DNA from: Candidatus Lokiarchaeum ossiferum
GTDB taxonomy: Archaea; Asgardarchaeota; Lokiarchaeia; Sigyniarchaeales; Promethearchaeaceae
Assembly: GCA_025839675.1 (NCBI GenBank)
Contig: CP104013.1
Coordinates: forward strand, 2,820,001 to 2,852,000
Length of the DNA stretch: 32,000 nucleotides
Direction: 5' to 3'
Below are positions 17,747-26,564 of this stretch, piece after piece. Position 1 is the stretch's first letter, and each line of letters begins with the position of its first letter. Position numbers and translations under genes: made by a program. Under the pieces are notes generated by a model. The model did not search any database. It worked only from the letters and a program-made list of their open reading frames with translations, and had not been told where the DNA came from.

Positions 17747-18136
17747 ATGAGCGTATTAGAAAAAATCAAACCCCTAGACGACCAGGAATCATTTACCTAC
17801 TTTGATTCTTTAGAAGCGGAACTCGAAGCCCTATCCTTATTGGATACAGAAAGCATAAGTACCTTCGAATTTAATAAGAATGAAGTGTTACAAGCAGACT
17901 TACGCTCTCGCGGATATCGTATTCCGACTTTAAGCGTCGAACGCTCATCACCGCTTCCTATGGGAATAGAAAAAGAGTTTCACTTACCAACCACAACCCA
18001 TGACATCTACGAAGAAACTTCTTTCACGGAGCTATGCGGACTTTTGTCCAAACTTGAACCTGGGGAAGAAGTTTCTTTTCAATTACAATTGGATTATAAA
18101 AGTATCTGGAGGGGATTAACCGGCAAAGAAATGTAA
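17747..18136 (+). CDS. Hypothetical acidic protein (129 aa)
   Basis: An ATG ORF preceded by GAGGA. It looks richer in G+C than its neighbours. No motif recognised. Confidence 0.45.
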   Translation: MSVLEKIKPLDDQESFTYFDSLEAELEALSLLDTESISTFEFNKNEVLQADLRSRGYRIPTLSVERSSPLPMGIEKEFHLPTTTHDIYEETSFTELCGLLSKLEPGEEVSFQLQLDYKSIWRGLTGKEM

Positions 18137-18178
18137 ATATACTAACACTTTCAGTCATATAAAAAAAATTCCTTGACC

Positions 18179-18377
18179 AAAAAAAAAATTAACATGAGGT
18201 GACCAGACGAGACCTGTAAAAGAAAAAAAAAAGAAAAACTGAAAAACATGATGTATCTCCTTGGTGGGATATAAAACTAATCAAGAATTCACCAAATAAT
18301 CACAACAACAACCGCAAAAAAAAAACAATATGAGGTGACTCGACAAAACTAAAAAGGAAAAAAAACATAAAAAAAAC
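18179..18377 (+). repeat. Two copies (about 136-nt spacing) of an A10-ATGAGGTGAC-GAC-A-rich element
   Basis: A10 at 18179-18188 with ATGAGGTGAC at 18194-18203. A10 at 18316-18325 with ATGAGGTGAC at 18330-18339. Both are followed by GAC.A.AC..AAAAG.AAAAAAAA. Confidence 0.6.
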
Positions 18378-18443
18378 GGATTAACTAACCAACTGTAATG
18401 GGATGGAGCAAAAACCAAATTTTATTCAATTCCATCCCATTAC
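18369..18443 (-). terminator. Hairpin plus oligo-T downstream of the kinase-like gene
   Basis: A perfect 13-bp inverted repeat GTAATGGGATGGA (18395-18407) / TCCATCCCATTAC (18431-18443) starts 20 nt after the stop. On the minus strand it is followed by T8 (A8 at 18369-18376). Confidence 0.6.
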
Positions 18444-18463
18444 GCCAATCATTATCTTTATTT

Positions 18464-19498
18464 TTACTGAATTTTGCCATAAATTACTAACAATTCCTCT
18501 CTAGAAAGAATAATATAATCATCTCGCGATACCGATTGTGTCCGATTTACATAAAAATTCTTAATCCAAACCGCTTCACTATCGCGAATTTCATAACATT
18601 GGATATAAAGGTTCAATTCCAGTACTTTTAAAATGAGTGGTATCATCAAAATTTCTTCTTTGGTTAAAGGTTTTAGTCTAAAATATCCAGAAAGTAGAGG
18701 AACAACAAATTTTTGGATGATTTCGTCGTTTGATTTTAGGGTCATTATCGCATAATCTAAAATTAGAACGCTCAAATCCATAACAGGATGACCAAGAATC
18801 ATATCATCAAAATCGATAAAGCCAATCTCTTGAGGATCTTTTTGGAGGACAATGTTTGCAAAATGCATATCACCATGAATCAACTGACATTGCATAGGTT
18901 CGTGGGACAATTTGTTGAAAAAAGAGTGGTATCGATCAACTATTGAATTATCAACTTGTCCAAAGTCGAACTGAGTAAAGAGATTTTCCTGCTGATTCCA
19001 AAGCTTATAATGGGAGTCAAATCCACCTTTAGATAATTCATTATGAAATCGAGCTAAGTTTTCTCCAAGGATTTCAACAACATTTGAAGTTAACAATGAC
19101 ATATGTTCCTCAATTACGTGCCCTTGGATTTTTTGGAAAACGGTTATTTGATAATTATTACCCTCAAATTGACAGAAGGTGTTACAATTTCCGTGAATAT
19201 TCGGAATGGGGTTGCGCACTATAATATTTTTAGAAGCTAAATAAAATAATATTTGAGTTTGGATCTCTTCGGTTGGAGAAGATCGGGTTGTTTCAAGGAT
19301 TTTTACAATTAATGAGCCTTGATTAGATTCAACATCAAATGTATTTGCCCAATTTCCTCCATTTAATTGAAGAATTGAAAGTGCATTAATATGGTAAGAT
19401 TGTTCTAACCAAGAAATGATTGAAGATTCCATTTTCTGTAAAATATTGAATATTTCTTCTTCCTTATTTCTTCGTATTATATTTATAGTTTTAAACAA
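18464..19498 (-). CDS. APH/choline-kinase-fold phosphotransferase (small-molecule kinase)
   Basis: Catalytic loop LIHGDMHFANIVL and metal-binding GFIDFDD. The track start is a TTG. The first ATG (MESSIISW) would give a start at 19432. Confidence 0.8.
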   Translation of the reverse strand: MFKTINIIRRNKEEEIFNILQKMESSIISWLEQSYHINALSILQLNGGNWANTFDVESNQGSLIVKILETTRSSPTEEIQTQILFYLASKNIIVRNPIPNIHGNCNTFCQFEGNNYQITVFQKIQGHVIEEHMSLLTSNVVEILGENLARFHNELSKGGFDSHYKLWNQQENLFTQFDFGQVDNSIVDRYHSFFNKLSHEPMQCQLIHGDMHFANIVLQKDPQEIGFIDFDDMILGHPVMDLSVLILDYAIMTLKSNDEIIQKFVVPLLSGYFRLKPLTKEEILMIPLILKVLELNLYIQCYEIRDSEAVWIKNFYVNRTQSVSRDDYIILSREELLVIYGKIQ

Positions 19499-19567
19499 GT
19501 ATACATTTTATTAAACTTAGAATTATGAGAAAAAAGATTGAAGATCTTTAAATTAGAGAGTAAAAAT

Positions 19568-19813
19568 CTATGAGCTTTGATTTGGAAAATTAGTTCGAAT
19601 TAAATGCTGAACCTTTCTCAACTTTAAACCCAACGATTCGTATTCCTCATAGTACTCTTTTGGAGAAATTTGATGACGCATGAATTTAGATTTTAATTCA
19701 GCAATTTCTCTTTCATACTTTATTTGTTTGGTATAAAGGGGCTTAAACTCATTAATTCTGATAACTTCTTCAATCATTTGATTGCTTTTTTTTTTCTTAC
19801 GCATATAATTCAT
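19568..19813 (-). CDS. Small helical protein (81 aa), paralogue of the adjacent 80-aa gene; SHOCT-like motif
   Basis: AELKSKFMRHQISPKEYYEEYESLGLKL aligns with NELKDAYFDKDLSDKACYSEFEQISRRL in the neighbour. It lies 13 nt downstream of that gene. Confidence 0.55.
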   Translation of the reverse strand: MNYMRKKKKSNQMIEEVIRINEFKPLYTKQIKYEREIAELKSKFMRHQISPKEYYEEYESLGLKLRKVQHLIRTNFPNQSS

Positions 19814-19826
19814 TTCCTTGAAATGT

Positions 19827-20069
19827 TTATTTTTCTAATATTTTTGCTTTTTTTAGTAGAGATTCATCAATTTGCATCAACCGACGTGAAATTTGCTCAA
19901 ATTCGCTATAACATGCTTTATCAGAGAGGTCTTTATCAAAATAAGCATCCTTTAATTCATTGCACCGGAGTCGTAAAGTTTGTTTTTCATGTAATAATTC
20001 CAAATATTGGTGTTCGACCTGTTGCACGTCCAATTTTTCAGATGCAGTATCATTTGGTACGTTAAGCAC
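19827..20069 (-). CDS. Small helical protein (80 aa), paralogue of the 81-aa gene
   Basis: It shares the motif ELK..F....(I/L)S.K..Y.E(Y/F)E.(L/I)...L. It has no in-frame ATG near the 5' end; the track start is GTG. Confidence 0.5.
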   Translation of the reverse strand: MLNVPNDTASEKLDVQQVEHQYLELLHEKQTLRLRCNELKDAYFDKDLSDKACYSEFEQISRRLMQIDESLLKKAKILEK

Positions 20070-20134
20070 TCTTACATAAACCTCTTTAATTTTTACTTTG
20101 TTGAATTGTTTTAGAAATGAGTAATTAAGTTAAT

Positions 20135-20180
20135 AAAAAAAACTCGAATATTTAATAATATGGGAATAGAAATATTCCCA
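20135..20180 (-). terminator. Hairpin TGGGAATA-GAAA-TATTCCCA followed (minus strand) by T8
   Basis: A perfect 8-bp stem at 20161-20180. A8 at 20135-20142 on the plus strand. It lies 67 nt downstream of the 129-aa gene stop. Confidence 0.45.
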
Positions 20181-20246
20181 AGAAAGAAAGAATACAATTG
20201 GAAAATACGAAATTATTCAAAAAATATGATGATAAAATGGGATGAA

Positions 20247-20636
20247 TTATTTTTGGAGTTGAACTGATTCGAGTAGTTTTGCATATTGTTCGGCTAAATT
20301 ATCATAGGCTTCTTGCAATTCATTAATATGATTCGTTAGAAAGGTGATCATAGTTTGAGCATCATCTCGATTCATGATATTGGCATTAGGATCTTCCAAT
20401 GCAACTTCTGTTCCTCGAATGGTCAGATTTTTGTCAATATAGAGAGTGGTAATTATATCTGCTCCAATTTTTTCGAAGTGTTTCTCAGGCTCTCCTTGAA
20501 ATTTATGGATAAAGAAATGAACGAAGGGATAATGAGTTTTTCCCTCTGCAAAATCTATAGGAAGATCTATGGAATGGCGTTTCTTACAAATTGCGCAGAA
20601 GTACATTTTGGTCACAGTTTCAGTCATTGAGATCAA
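20247..20636 (-). CDS. Hypothetical protein (129 aa) with N-terminal C-x2-C-x3-H and a C-terminal coiled coil
   Basis: FCAICKKRH...YPFVHFFIHKF...TLYIDKNLTIRGTE, then INELQEAYDNLAEQYAKLLESVQ. No family recognised. Confidence 0.5.
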   Translation of the reverse strand: MISMTETVTKMYFCAICKKRHSIDLPIDFAEGKTHYPFVHFFIHKFQGEPEKHFEKIGADIITTLYIDKNLTIRGTEVALEDPNANIMNRDDAQTMITFLTNHINELQEAYDNLAEQYAKLLESVQLQK

Positions 20637-20736
20637 TGATGTTCATCGCACCAATAAATGCTTTTTTTTTAAGAAAGAAAAAATTTGAACTTAATTGTGA
20701 AAAGAAATTTAAAAAAAAGGGTAGTTTAGAATTGGT

Positions 20737-21915
20737 TTACATTTTAACAATAACGGCTTCACCCATTCCGCCCCCAATACAAAGGGTAGCAAGACCATAG
20801 GTAGATTTGCGTTTCATCATTTCATAAAGAAGGGTGACGAAAATACGAGCACCACTAGCGCCAATAGGATGACCGATCGCAATTGCACCACCATTTACAT
20901 TAACTATTTCAGTATTTAACCCAAGTTCTTTCACAACAGCAAGAGATTGAGAGGCAAAAGCTTCATTGGCTTCAATTAAATCAAGATCGTCAACTTTTAA
21001 ATTTGCTTTGGCTAAGGCTTTACGGGTGGCAGGAATTGGGCCAGTCCCCATAATTTTTGGATCCACTCCAGCAGAAGCATGAGACACAATGGTTGCCATA
21101 GGAGTAAGGCCTAATTCATCAGCTTTTTCTTTGGACATTAATACGATTGCTGCAGCCCCATCATTGATTCCGGAAGCATTTCCTGCAGTGACGGTCCCAT
21201 CTTTCTTAAAAGCTGGGCGTAGTTTGGCCAATTTTTCTGCAGTAGTGCCATCACGGATAAATTCATCAGTATCAAAAATAATCGGATCTTTGCGACGTTG
21301 TGGAATTTCAACAGGGACAATTTCATCTTTGAATCGGCCTTCATTTTTGGCTTTAGAAGCTCTTTGTTGACTAGTAGCAGCAAATTGATCTTGTTCTTCA
21401 CGAGTTAATTTCCATTGAGCAGCAATATTTTCAGCCGTAATACCCATATGGTAATCATTAAAAACTTCCCACAATCCATCCTTTACCATACTATCATAAA
21501 GTTCACCCGGTCCCATTCGATATCCCCATCGTGCATTTTTCACAAGATATGGTGCCATACTCATGCTTTCAGTCCCACCAGCAACTACAATATCATTATC
21601 ACCCGCGATAATCGATTGAACACCAAGGGAAACGGTTTTTAATCCCGATCCACAAATCATGTTAATGGTAGAAGCAGGTACTTCTTGGGGAATTCCAGCT
21701 CCCATCGAGGCTTGACGACCAACACCTTGACCATATCCGGCTTGAAGAACACAGCCCATAAACACTTCATCCACTTTATCACCAGGAATATTGGCGCGTT
21801 TTAACGCTTCCTTTATTACCAAAGATCCTAAAGTAACAGCAGAGGTCTGTTTTAAAGCCCCTCCAAAGGATCCAACAGCAGTTCGCACTGCACTTATGAC
21901 TACAACTTCTTTCAT
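20737..21915 (-). CDS. Acetyl-CoA C-acetyltransferase (thiolase II, bacterial AtoB/PhaA type)
   Basis: [19 protein letters not shown], active-site Cys in [40 protein letters not shown]8 tract follows the stop. Confidence 0.95.
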   Translation of the reverse strand: MKEVVVISAVRTAVGSFGGALKQTSAVTLGSLVIKEALKRANIPGDKVDEVFMGCVLQAGYGQGVGRQASMGAGIPQEVPASTINMICGSGLKTVSLGVQSIIAGDNDIVVAGGTESMSMAPYLVKNARWGYRMGPGELYDSMVKDGLWEVFNDYHMGITAENIAAQWKLTREEQDQFAATSQQRASKAKNEGRFKDEIVPVEIPQRRKDPIIFDTDEFIRDGTTAEKLAKLRPAFKKDGTVTAGNASGINDGAAAIVLMSKEKADELGLTPMATIVSHASAGVDPKIMGTGPIPATRKALAKANLKVDDLDLIEANEAFASQSLAVVKELGLNTEIVNVNGGAIAIGHPIGASGARIFVTLLYEMMKRKSTYGLATLCIGGGMGEAVIVKM

Positions 21916-22070
21916 TTTGATTTCCTCAAAATTTGATTGATTTTTTTAGAATAAGAGATATTCTTACTAAAAAATCATGAATTTCAAACAATACAAATCC
22001 CTTAAATGAATGAAAAAATATAAAGTTAGGAATATTTTAATGCGGGGATCAAAAAGGTGTTAAAAAAAAA

Positions 22071-22868
22071 TTAGAGATAGTTTTCGCATTTAATACAAAA
22101 AGTCACGCCTTCTTTAATACTAGCTCCACAATGAGGGCAAGTTTTGGTCGGTTTTCCGTCAGATGACTGGGCACCATAGGTAAAGGACATATCACTAAAT
22201 TCATCATTAGTTTTTTTTGATTTTTTAGAGGATTTTACCTTTTTCGGCTTCATTTCGTAATCTTGTTTGGTAGGATCAAATTTCAAAGCCCCAATCAAAG
22301 CCCCAAAAGCTCCCCCTATCAAACAACCTTCTAAACATGCCAAAATCAAAGAAAGAATTGGATGCAAATCTGTCAATCCCGCAAAAATACCATTGATAAC
22401 TCCCGATCCAACGTTACCTGCACCAGCAGCACCTAATATATAGGTTAAACCAATATAAATGAGGGAGCCAAACACAATGTAACCAATAGCCAAGCGAACT
22501 CCAATCATGATGCCATCTTTAGCTTTTTTGGCAAAAAGCAGAGAGGTAATCCCAATACATAGGATCCATGGAATAAGTAACGCAATTGCCATTCCCGGTT
22601 CATCGGGTCGATAATAGAGCATCCAGTGGATCGGAAACATCAATACAGATCCAATTCCCATAAATCCACCAACCAAAAGAGAAATAAACGTGCCAGCCCC
22701 ACTACCTGTCACAGTTTCAAGCAACCCTCTGATAGCGGCCCCTAAATTCACAAATAAACTTCCCGAAATCGCATTTCCAAGATCAAAGAAAACGAATGAA
22801 ACCCCTGACATTAAAATTAAGCAACAAGAGGCAAGACAATTCACACAACAGTTTTTAAAACATCCCAT
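22071..22868 (-). CDS. Gly-rich polytopic membrane protein with a Cys-rich N-terminus and a C-terminal zinc ribbon
   Basis: MGCFKNCCVNCLASCC has 7 Cys in the first 17 residues. About 6 Gly-rich helices and a KKVKSSKKSKK linker follow. The C-terminus reads CPHCGASIKEGVTFCIKCENYL. Confidence 0.6.
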   Translation of the reverse strand: MGCFKNCCVNCLASCCLILMSGVSFVFFDLGNAISGSLFVNLGAAIRGLLETVTGSGAGTFISLLVGGFMGIGSVLMFPIHWMLYYRPDEPGMAIALLIPWILCIGITSLLFAKKAKDGIMIGVRLAIGYIVFGSLIYIGLTYILGAAGAGNVGSGVINGIFAGLTDLHPILSLILACLEGCLIGGAFGALIGALKFDPTKQDYEMKPKKVKSSKKSKKTNDEFSDMSFTYGAQSSDGKPTKTCPHCGASIKEGVTFCIKCENYL

Positions 22869-23032
22869 CGTTTTTCATATTTCCAAGTTTTTTTTTATAT
22901 ATCACAATCAAATTGACCAATTTTATACTTTTGTCTTTGTATCATGACCAACTTATTTTGCTGAAAGAAATTTATAAATAGGTATATAGTCATGTCAGTC
23001 ACGAGTACTTTCTATAAAGATACTAACGAAAT

Positions 23033-25243
23033 TTGAATGTGATAAATTTGAATAAATCAAAATCAATTGATGGAAAACCCATCTTTATTATAAGCCTATT
23101 TCTTCTCTCCGTCTTGAGCAGCTCAACTATCAGTCTTCAAGCAGCTAGCGCAACAACAGAACCGCAAGGAGAAATATCGGCAGACCAGGCAAAAGAGGTC
23201 ACCAATGCATTGGAGCAAACTTTTGGAATGTTTCGAGAATTTGGAGCCAGCGGGGAAGCCTTTGCCACGGTCTTTGAAATGATGTTTGAGAACTTCGCGA
23301 ATATGTCGGCCACACAAGAAATGGCTGGTACATACGTGTTAAATGCCTCATATATTAGTGATCAAGAATCAGGTTCCTATGAATATGGAAGTGGTGATAG
23401 TTGGGAATATACACCTTGGGGCGTATATGATTTGGAAAACGCAACCGAAACTTCGGATCAAGATGAATATCCGTATTTGTTGGTAAATGAAACGGGAGTA
23501 ATAAATTATAACCGAACTGAAGGAGCATCGGTAACTTTCATTATTTGGGATCAAGATGATTCCTTCATTAATGCAATTGATAAACTGCTTTCTACTTTTC
23601 AAGAATTTCTTCGATTGGATGAGCAACAAAGATCAGGAGAACTCGAAGATGATGAAGCTTTGGCTCAAGCGATCAGCACGTTAATTTCTGCTGTGAGTTA
23701 TTTCTTGATCCATATAAATGATATCATTACTGGAGATGAAGTTATCATTTTCAATGCTATTGGGTTTACCAATTACGAAGCGGATTTCAATGGAACAATC
23801 CTTGCAGAATGGTATATAACTGAAGATTATGAAATGACAAATAATCGAACTTTGGATGAAGCCTATCCGGCATGGGAAGAGAATTATCGCAGTATTGCTC
23901 ATGAATATAACGATGATTACATGCTATATATGATGGATATGCAAAATAATATCACCGAGGGAAAATTTGAACAACGTTATCAGAATTACACCACCTTTAG
24001 TTTTGATATTATTGAAATTTGGCTCAAAGAATTTCAAGTATCGATTGATGCTGAAGCAATTATGGGAGCAATCACCCAAAATGAAGAAGCTTTCGCAGGA
24101 AAAACAGCAACTGATATATTCCAAGAACTTTCTATTGAATTCTATATCTTCACTCATCATTTCTCGAACTTCTACCTTTTTGATGATACAAAGTATGAAA
24201 ACCATCCAGATACCACAATTGCTGCGAATGCAGGGAATGGGGTCCCAGATGTATTATTTGAAGATGTTGGTGTTTTTGAAGGAGAAACAGTGCAACGTAT
24301 TTCCGATACCGAAGTTGAAGATTACATCTTGTTACGGGGGGCAACCAAATGGACGTTTAATGAACCAACTTATGAAGGAGGAAAAATGAAATGGGGTATT
24401 CGCGCCGATGGGGTAGCTTTCAGAGTTATTCCGCTAGGCATGAAAGATGATGAAGTCAATGAAACCGTTGCTCCAACCGAACATATGGATTATTTAGAGC
24501 TTGGATTTAGTTTTGAGCCATCCAAACGATTGGATGTTAATACTGGGGAGTATTTCAATGCCCAAGGGGAACAAACAATGGGTCGTGCACAAGTAAAGCT
24601 TCTTCAAAGTTTTGGAGCTTGGGATTTAGACACTGATAATAAACCTTTCACTCCAAAGCTGAAAGACACTGAAATGGATCTGGCAGTAGTGTATATGAGC
24701 GCTATTTTACACTTTAAATTGCTCATTCAGAACAAAGAAATTGCTTCGGGATATGAAGAACCAGATCAGGCATTATTGAACGAATCAAATTATAACTCAG
24801 AAACCCATAAAGTGAATGTAGGAGATATCGACCAAGAATTACCTTTAGCAGAAATCGACATTGCTGGTCCAGCCTACGATCAAACTCCAGCAACAGGTGG
24901 AACATCGGTGGAACATCCTGCCAAAACTACAACAATCCCAACCGTCTTTGCTGAATGGGAAGGCCAAAATAGTGAAACTTACGTGCAAGAGGATAATTCT
25001 ACTGGAAGAATAAATAGTACGGTCAACGTGGATCTTTCATTACTAATGTATGCAGTTAGTTATGATACCTTCGGTCAGAATGGATTTACATCAGGAGATG
25101 AAATTGTGCATGATCCGACCTTTTCAATTTTCATTACCAGAGAAATCACTGTCCCTTGGGCAGTTATCATCGTTGTTGCGGGAGTTGGAATGGTAGGAAT
25201 TGCCGCTTTCATGCTTAACAAGAAAAAAATGAGTAAATTTTAG
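23033..25243 (+). CDS. Secreted acidic protein with an N-terminal signal peptide and a C-terminal TM anchor
   Basis: Non-ATG start (TTG 23033 or GTG 23039). Signal-like IFIISLFLLSVLSSSTISLQAASA. Many N-x-S/T sequons. The C-terminus reads WAVIIVVAGVGMVGIAAFML-NKKK. Confidence 0.65.
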   Translation: MNVINLNKSKSIDGKPIFIISLFLLSVLSSSTISLQAASATTEPQGEISADQAKEVTNALEQTFGMFREFGASGEAFATVFEMMFENFANMSATQEMAGTYVLNASYISDQESGSYEYGSGDSWEYTPWGVYDLENATETSDQDEYPYLLVNETGVINYNRTEGASVTFIIWDQDDSFINAIDKLLSTFQEFLRLDEQQRSGELEDDEALAQAISTLISAVSYFLIHINDIITGDEVIIFNAIGFTNYEADFNGTILAEWYITEDYEMTNNRTLDEAYPAWEENYRSIAHEYNDDYMLYMMDMQNNITEGKFEQRYQNYTTFSFDIIEIWLKEFQVSIDAEAIMGAITQNEEAFAGKTATDIFQELSIEFYIFTHHFSNFYLFDDTKYENHPDTTIAANAGNGVPDVLFEDVGVFEGETVQRISDTEVEDYILLRGATKWTFNEPTYEGGKMKWGIRADGVAFRVIPLGMKDDEVNETVAPTEHMDYLELGFSFEPSKRLDVNTGEYFNAQGEQTMGRAQVKLLQSFGAWDLDTDNKPFTPKLKDTEMDLAVVYMSAILHFKLLIQNKEIASGYEEPDQALLNESNYNSETHKVNVGDIDQELPLAEIDIAGPAYDQTPATGGTSVEHPAKTTTIPTVFAEWEGQNSETYVQEDNSTGRINSTVNVDLSLLMYAVSYDTFGQNGFTSGDEIVHDPTFSIFITREITVPWAVIIVVAGVGMVGIAAFMLNKKKMSKF

Positions 25244-25256
25244 TCTTGAAGTATTA

Positions 25257-25274
25257 TTTTTTTAGCTTTTTTTT
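25257..25274 (+). terminator. Oligo-T tracts (T7, T8) after the 736-aa gene
   Basis: T7 at 25257-25263 and T8 at 25267-25274, within 35 nt of the stop codon. Confidence 0.5.
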
Positions 25275-25392
25275 AACTATTTTTTATTCCCCATTTATCC
25301 ACTACACATTTTTCTCATGGATTAAAAAAATAAATTCTCCTTCTATCTACAGAAGACCAATCAATTAAGAAAATCAGTGCTTTGTGGATTCA

Positions 25393-25977
25393 TTATTTGG
25401 GAGTTTTTTGTTCAATTCTGGATTCATTTAAAATTGTTGGAAGAAAATCTTTAATTGGACATTTACTAGAATCCTCTTTCCATTCACATTGATCACATTG
25501 TTTTTCCATAGAGCGGAATCGAATAAACGCAACTGGAATTATCAATACTGCGCAAATTCCCCAAATTAAAAAAATTATTTGGAAAAATGACTTAATCTCA
25601 AAGAAATTCAAAAAAAAACTAACAATTATTCCAATTCCAGTTCCATTGGTAATTTTTTGTCCAATTTTAATTACTTTGATTTCAGTTAATCTTGTAATAC
25701 TTAAACCCAAAGTTCCAAAAAGAAGAAAACCTATAACTAAAAGCCAAATGTGAAGATTTTTATCAGTTATCGGAAATATTAAAAAATTGCTTATTAAAAA
25801 TGATAATAAAATAGATGGATAACCAACAAAACAACCAATACAAAATCGATTTCTTCCTATATGAAGAACATGATCATGAAATTTCTCACAATCTGGATGA
25901 TGACTTAATAATAATGGTTTAATTCTTCTAAAGACGATTTTTAACTCTTCTTTTGTAGTTAACTTATTGATATCCAT
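25393..25977 (-). CDS. Membrane protein with Cys/His clusters (DUF2085-like layout)
   Basis: HHPDCEKFHDHVLHIGRNRFCIGCFVGYPS is followed by about 4 helices. The C-terminus has CDQCEWKEDSSKCP. Confidence 0.45.
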   Translation of the reverse strand: MDINKLTTKEELKIVFRRIKPLLLSHHPDCEKFHDHVLHIGRNRFCIGCFVGYPSILLSFLISNFLIFPITDKNLHIWLLVIGFLLFGTLGLSITRLTEIKVIKIGQKITNGTGIGIIVSFFLNFFEIKSFFQIIFLIWGICAVLIIPVAFIRFRSMEKQCDQCEWKEDSSKCPIKDFLPTILNESRIEQKTPK

Positions 25978-26113
25978 TTAATGGATAAATCTATTATTAT
26001 TTCTATATTCTTTTATTTTCTACAGTATTTTTGAAGTAAAGGTTTGGGTCAAATCTTTTAAATAAAAGAAGGCTAGATTTTTAAGCGAGGCAAAACCTCA
26101 AAGTGATTAAATA

Positions 26114-26293
26114 ATGGAAATAGCAGATTTTCTTATCACCTTGTTTTTAGGTGTTCTAGGTATTCATAGATTCATGAAAGGGTATACAAAATCAGGAATT
26201 CTATATTTATGCACCGGTGGACTTTTAGGCGTTGGTTGGTTAATTGACATCATCTTTACCGTAACTGACAAAGAATTAATTATTGCAAAGTAG
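26114..26293 (+). CDS. TM2-domain small membrane protein (59 aa; below the ORF-track cut-off)
   Basis: Hand translation MEIADFLITLFLGVLGIHRFMKGYTKSGILYLCTGGLLGVGWLIDIIFTVTDKELIIAK* fits the TM2 pattern (G.HRFY.G....G......G..G..W..D). Confidence 0.65.
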   Translation: MEIADFLITLFLGVLGIHRFMKGYTKSGILYLCTGGLLGVGWLIDIIFTVTDKELIIAK

Positions 26294-26564
26294 GATATTC
26301 AATCTATTACTGGATTTTTTTTTGTTTTTTTCATGAATTTTAGAAAGCACCATACTAAACCTTCCGAGTCTATATTTTGCAAGGTCAAGCGAAAATGTCA
26401 AAGCGATAGATAATCATCAAAGATAATGAATAAACTTGGTTAGAAGTCCAATCTTATGTTGTGCATCCCCACTAAATAACCTATCCCATTAGAATTTTTA
26501 TAAAAATTGCTCAAGAACTTCGTAACTGAGCACACCAAAAGGAAGTATATCTAATAAAAAATAT

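Noticed and set aside
18179-18377. Whether the spaced A10-ATGAGGTGAC repeats are a CRISPR array.
   Set aside because: There are only two copies, the units are A-rich and imperfect, the spacing is 136 nt, and there are no cas genes in the window. I kept it as an unexplained repeat instead.
20226-20267. Possible C/D-box sRNA (ATGATGA ... CTGA).
   Set aside because: There are no D' or proper C' boxes at the expected spacing and no terminal stem. The segment overlaps the 3' end of the 129-aa coding region. The motifs are short enough to occur by chance in AT-rich DNA.
22860-22868. N-terminal MGC as a eukaryote-like myristoylation/palmitoylation signal.
   Set aside because: No N-myristoyltransferase is known in archaea and a three-residue match is meaningless statistically. 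Only the Cys richness itself is reported.
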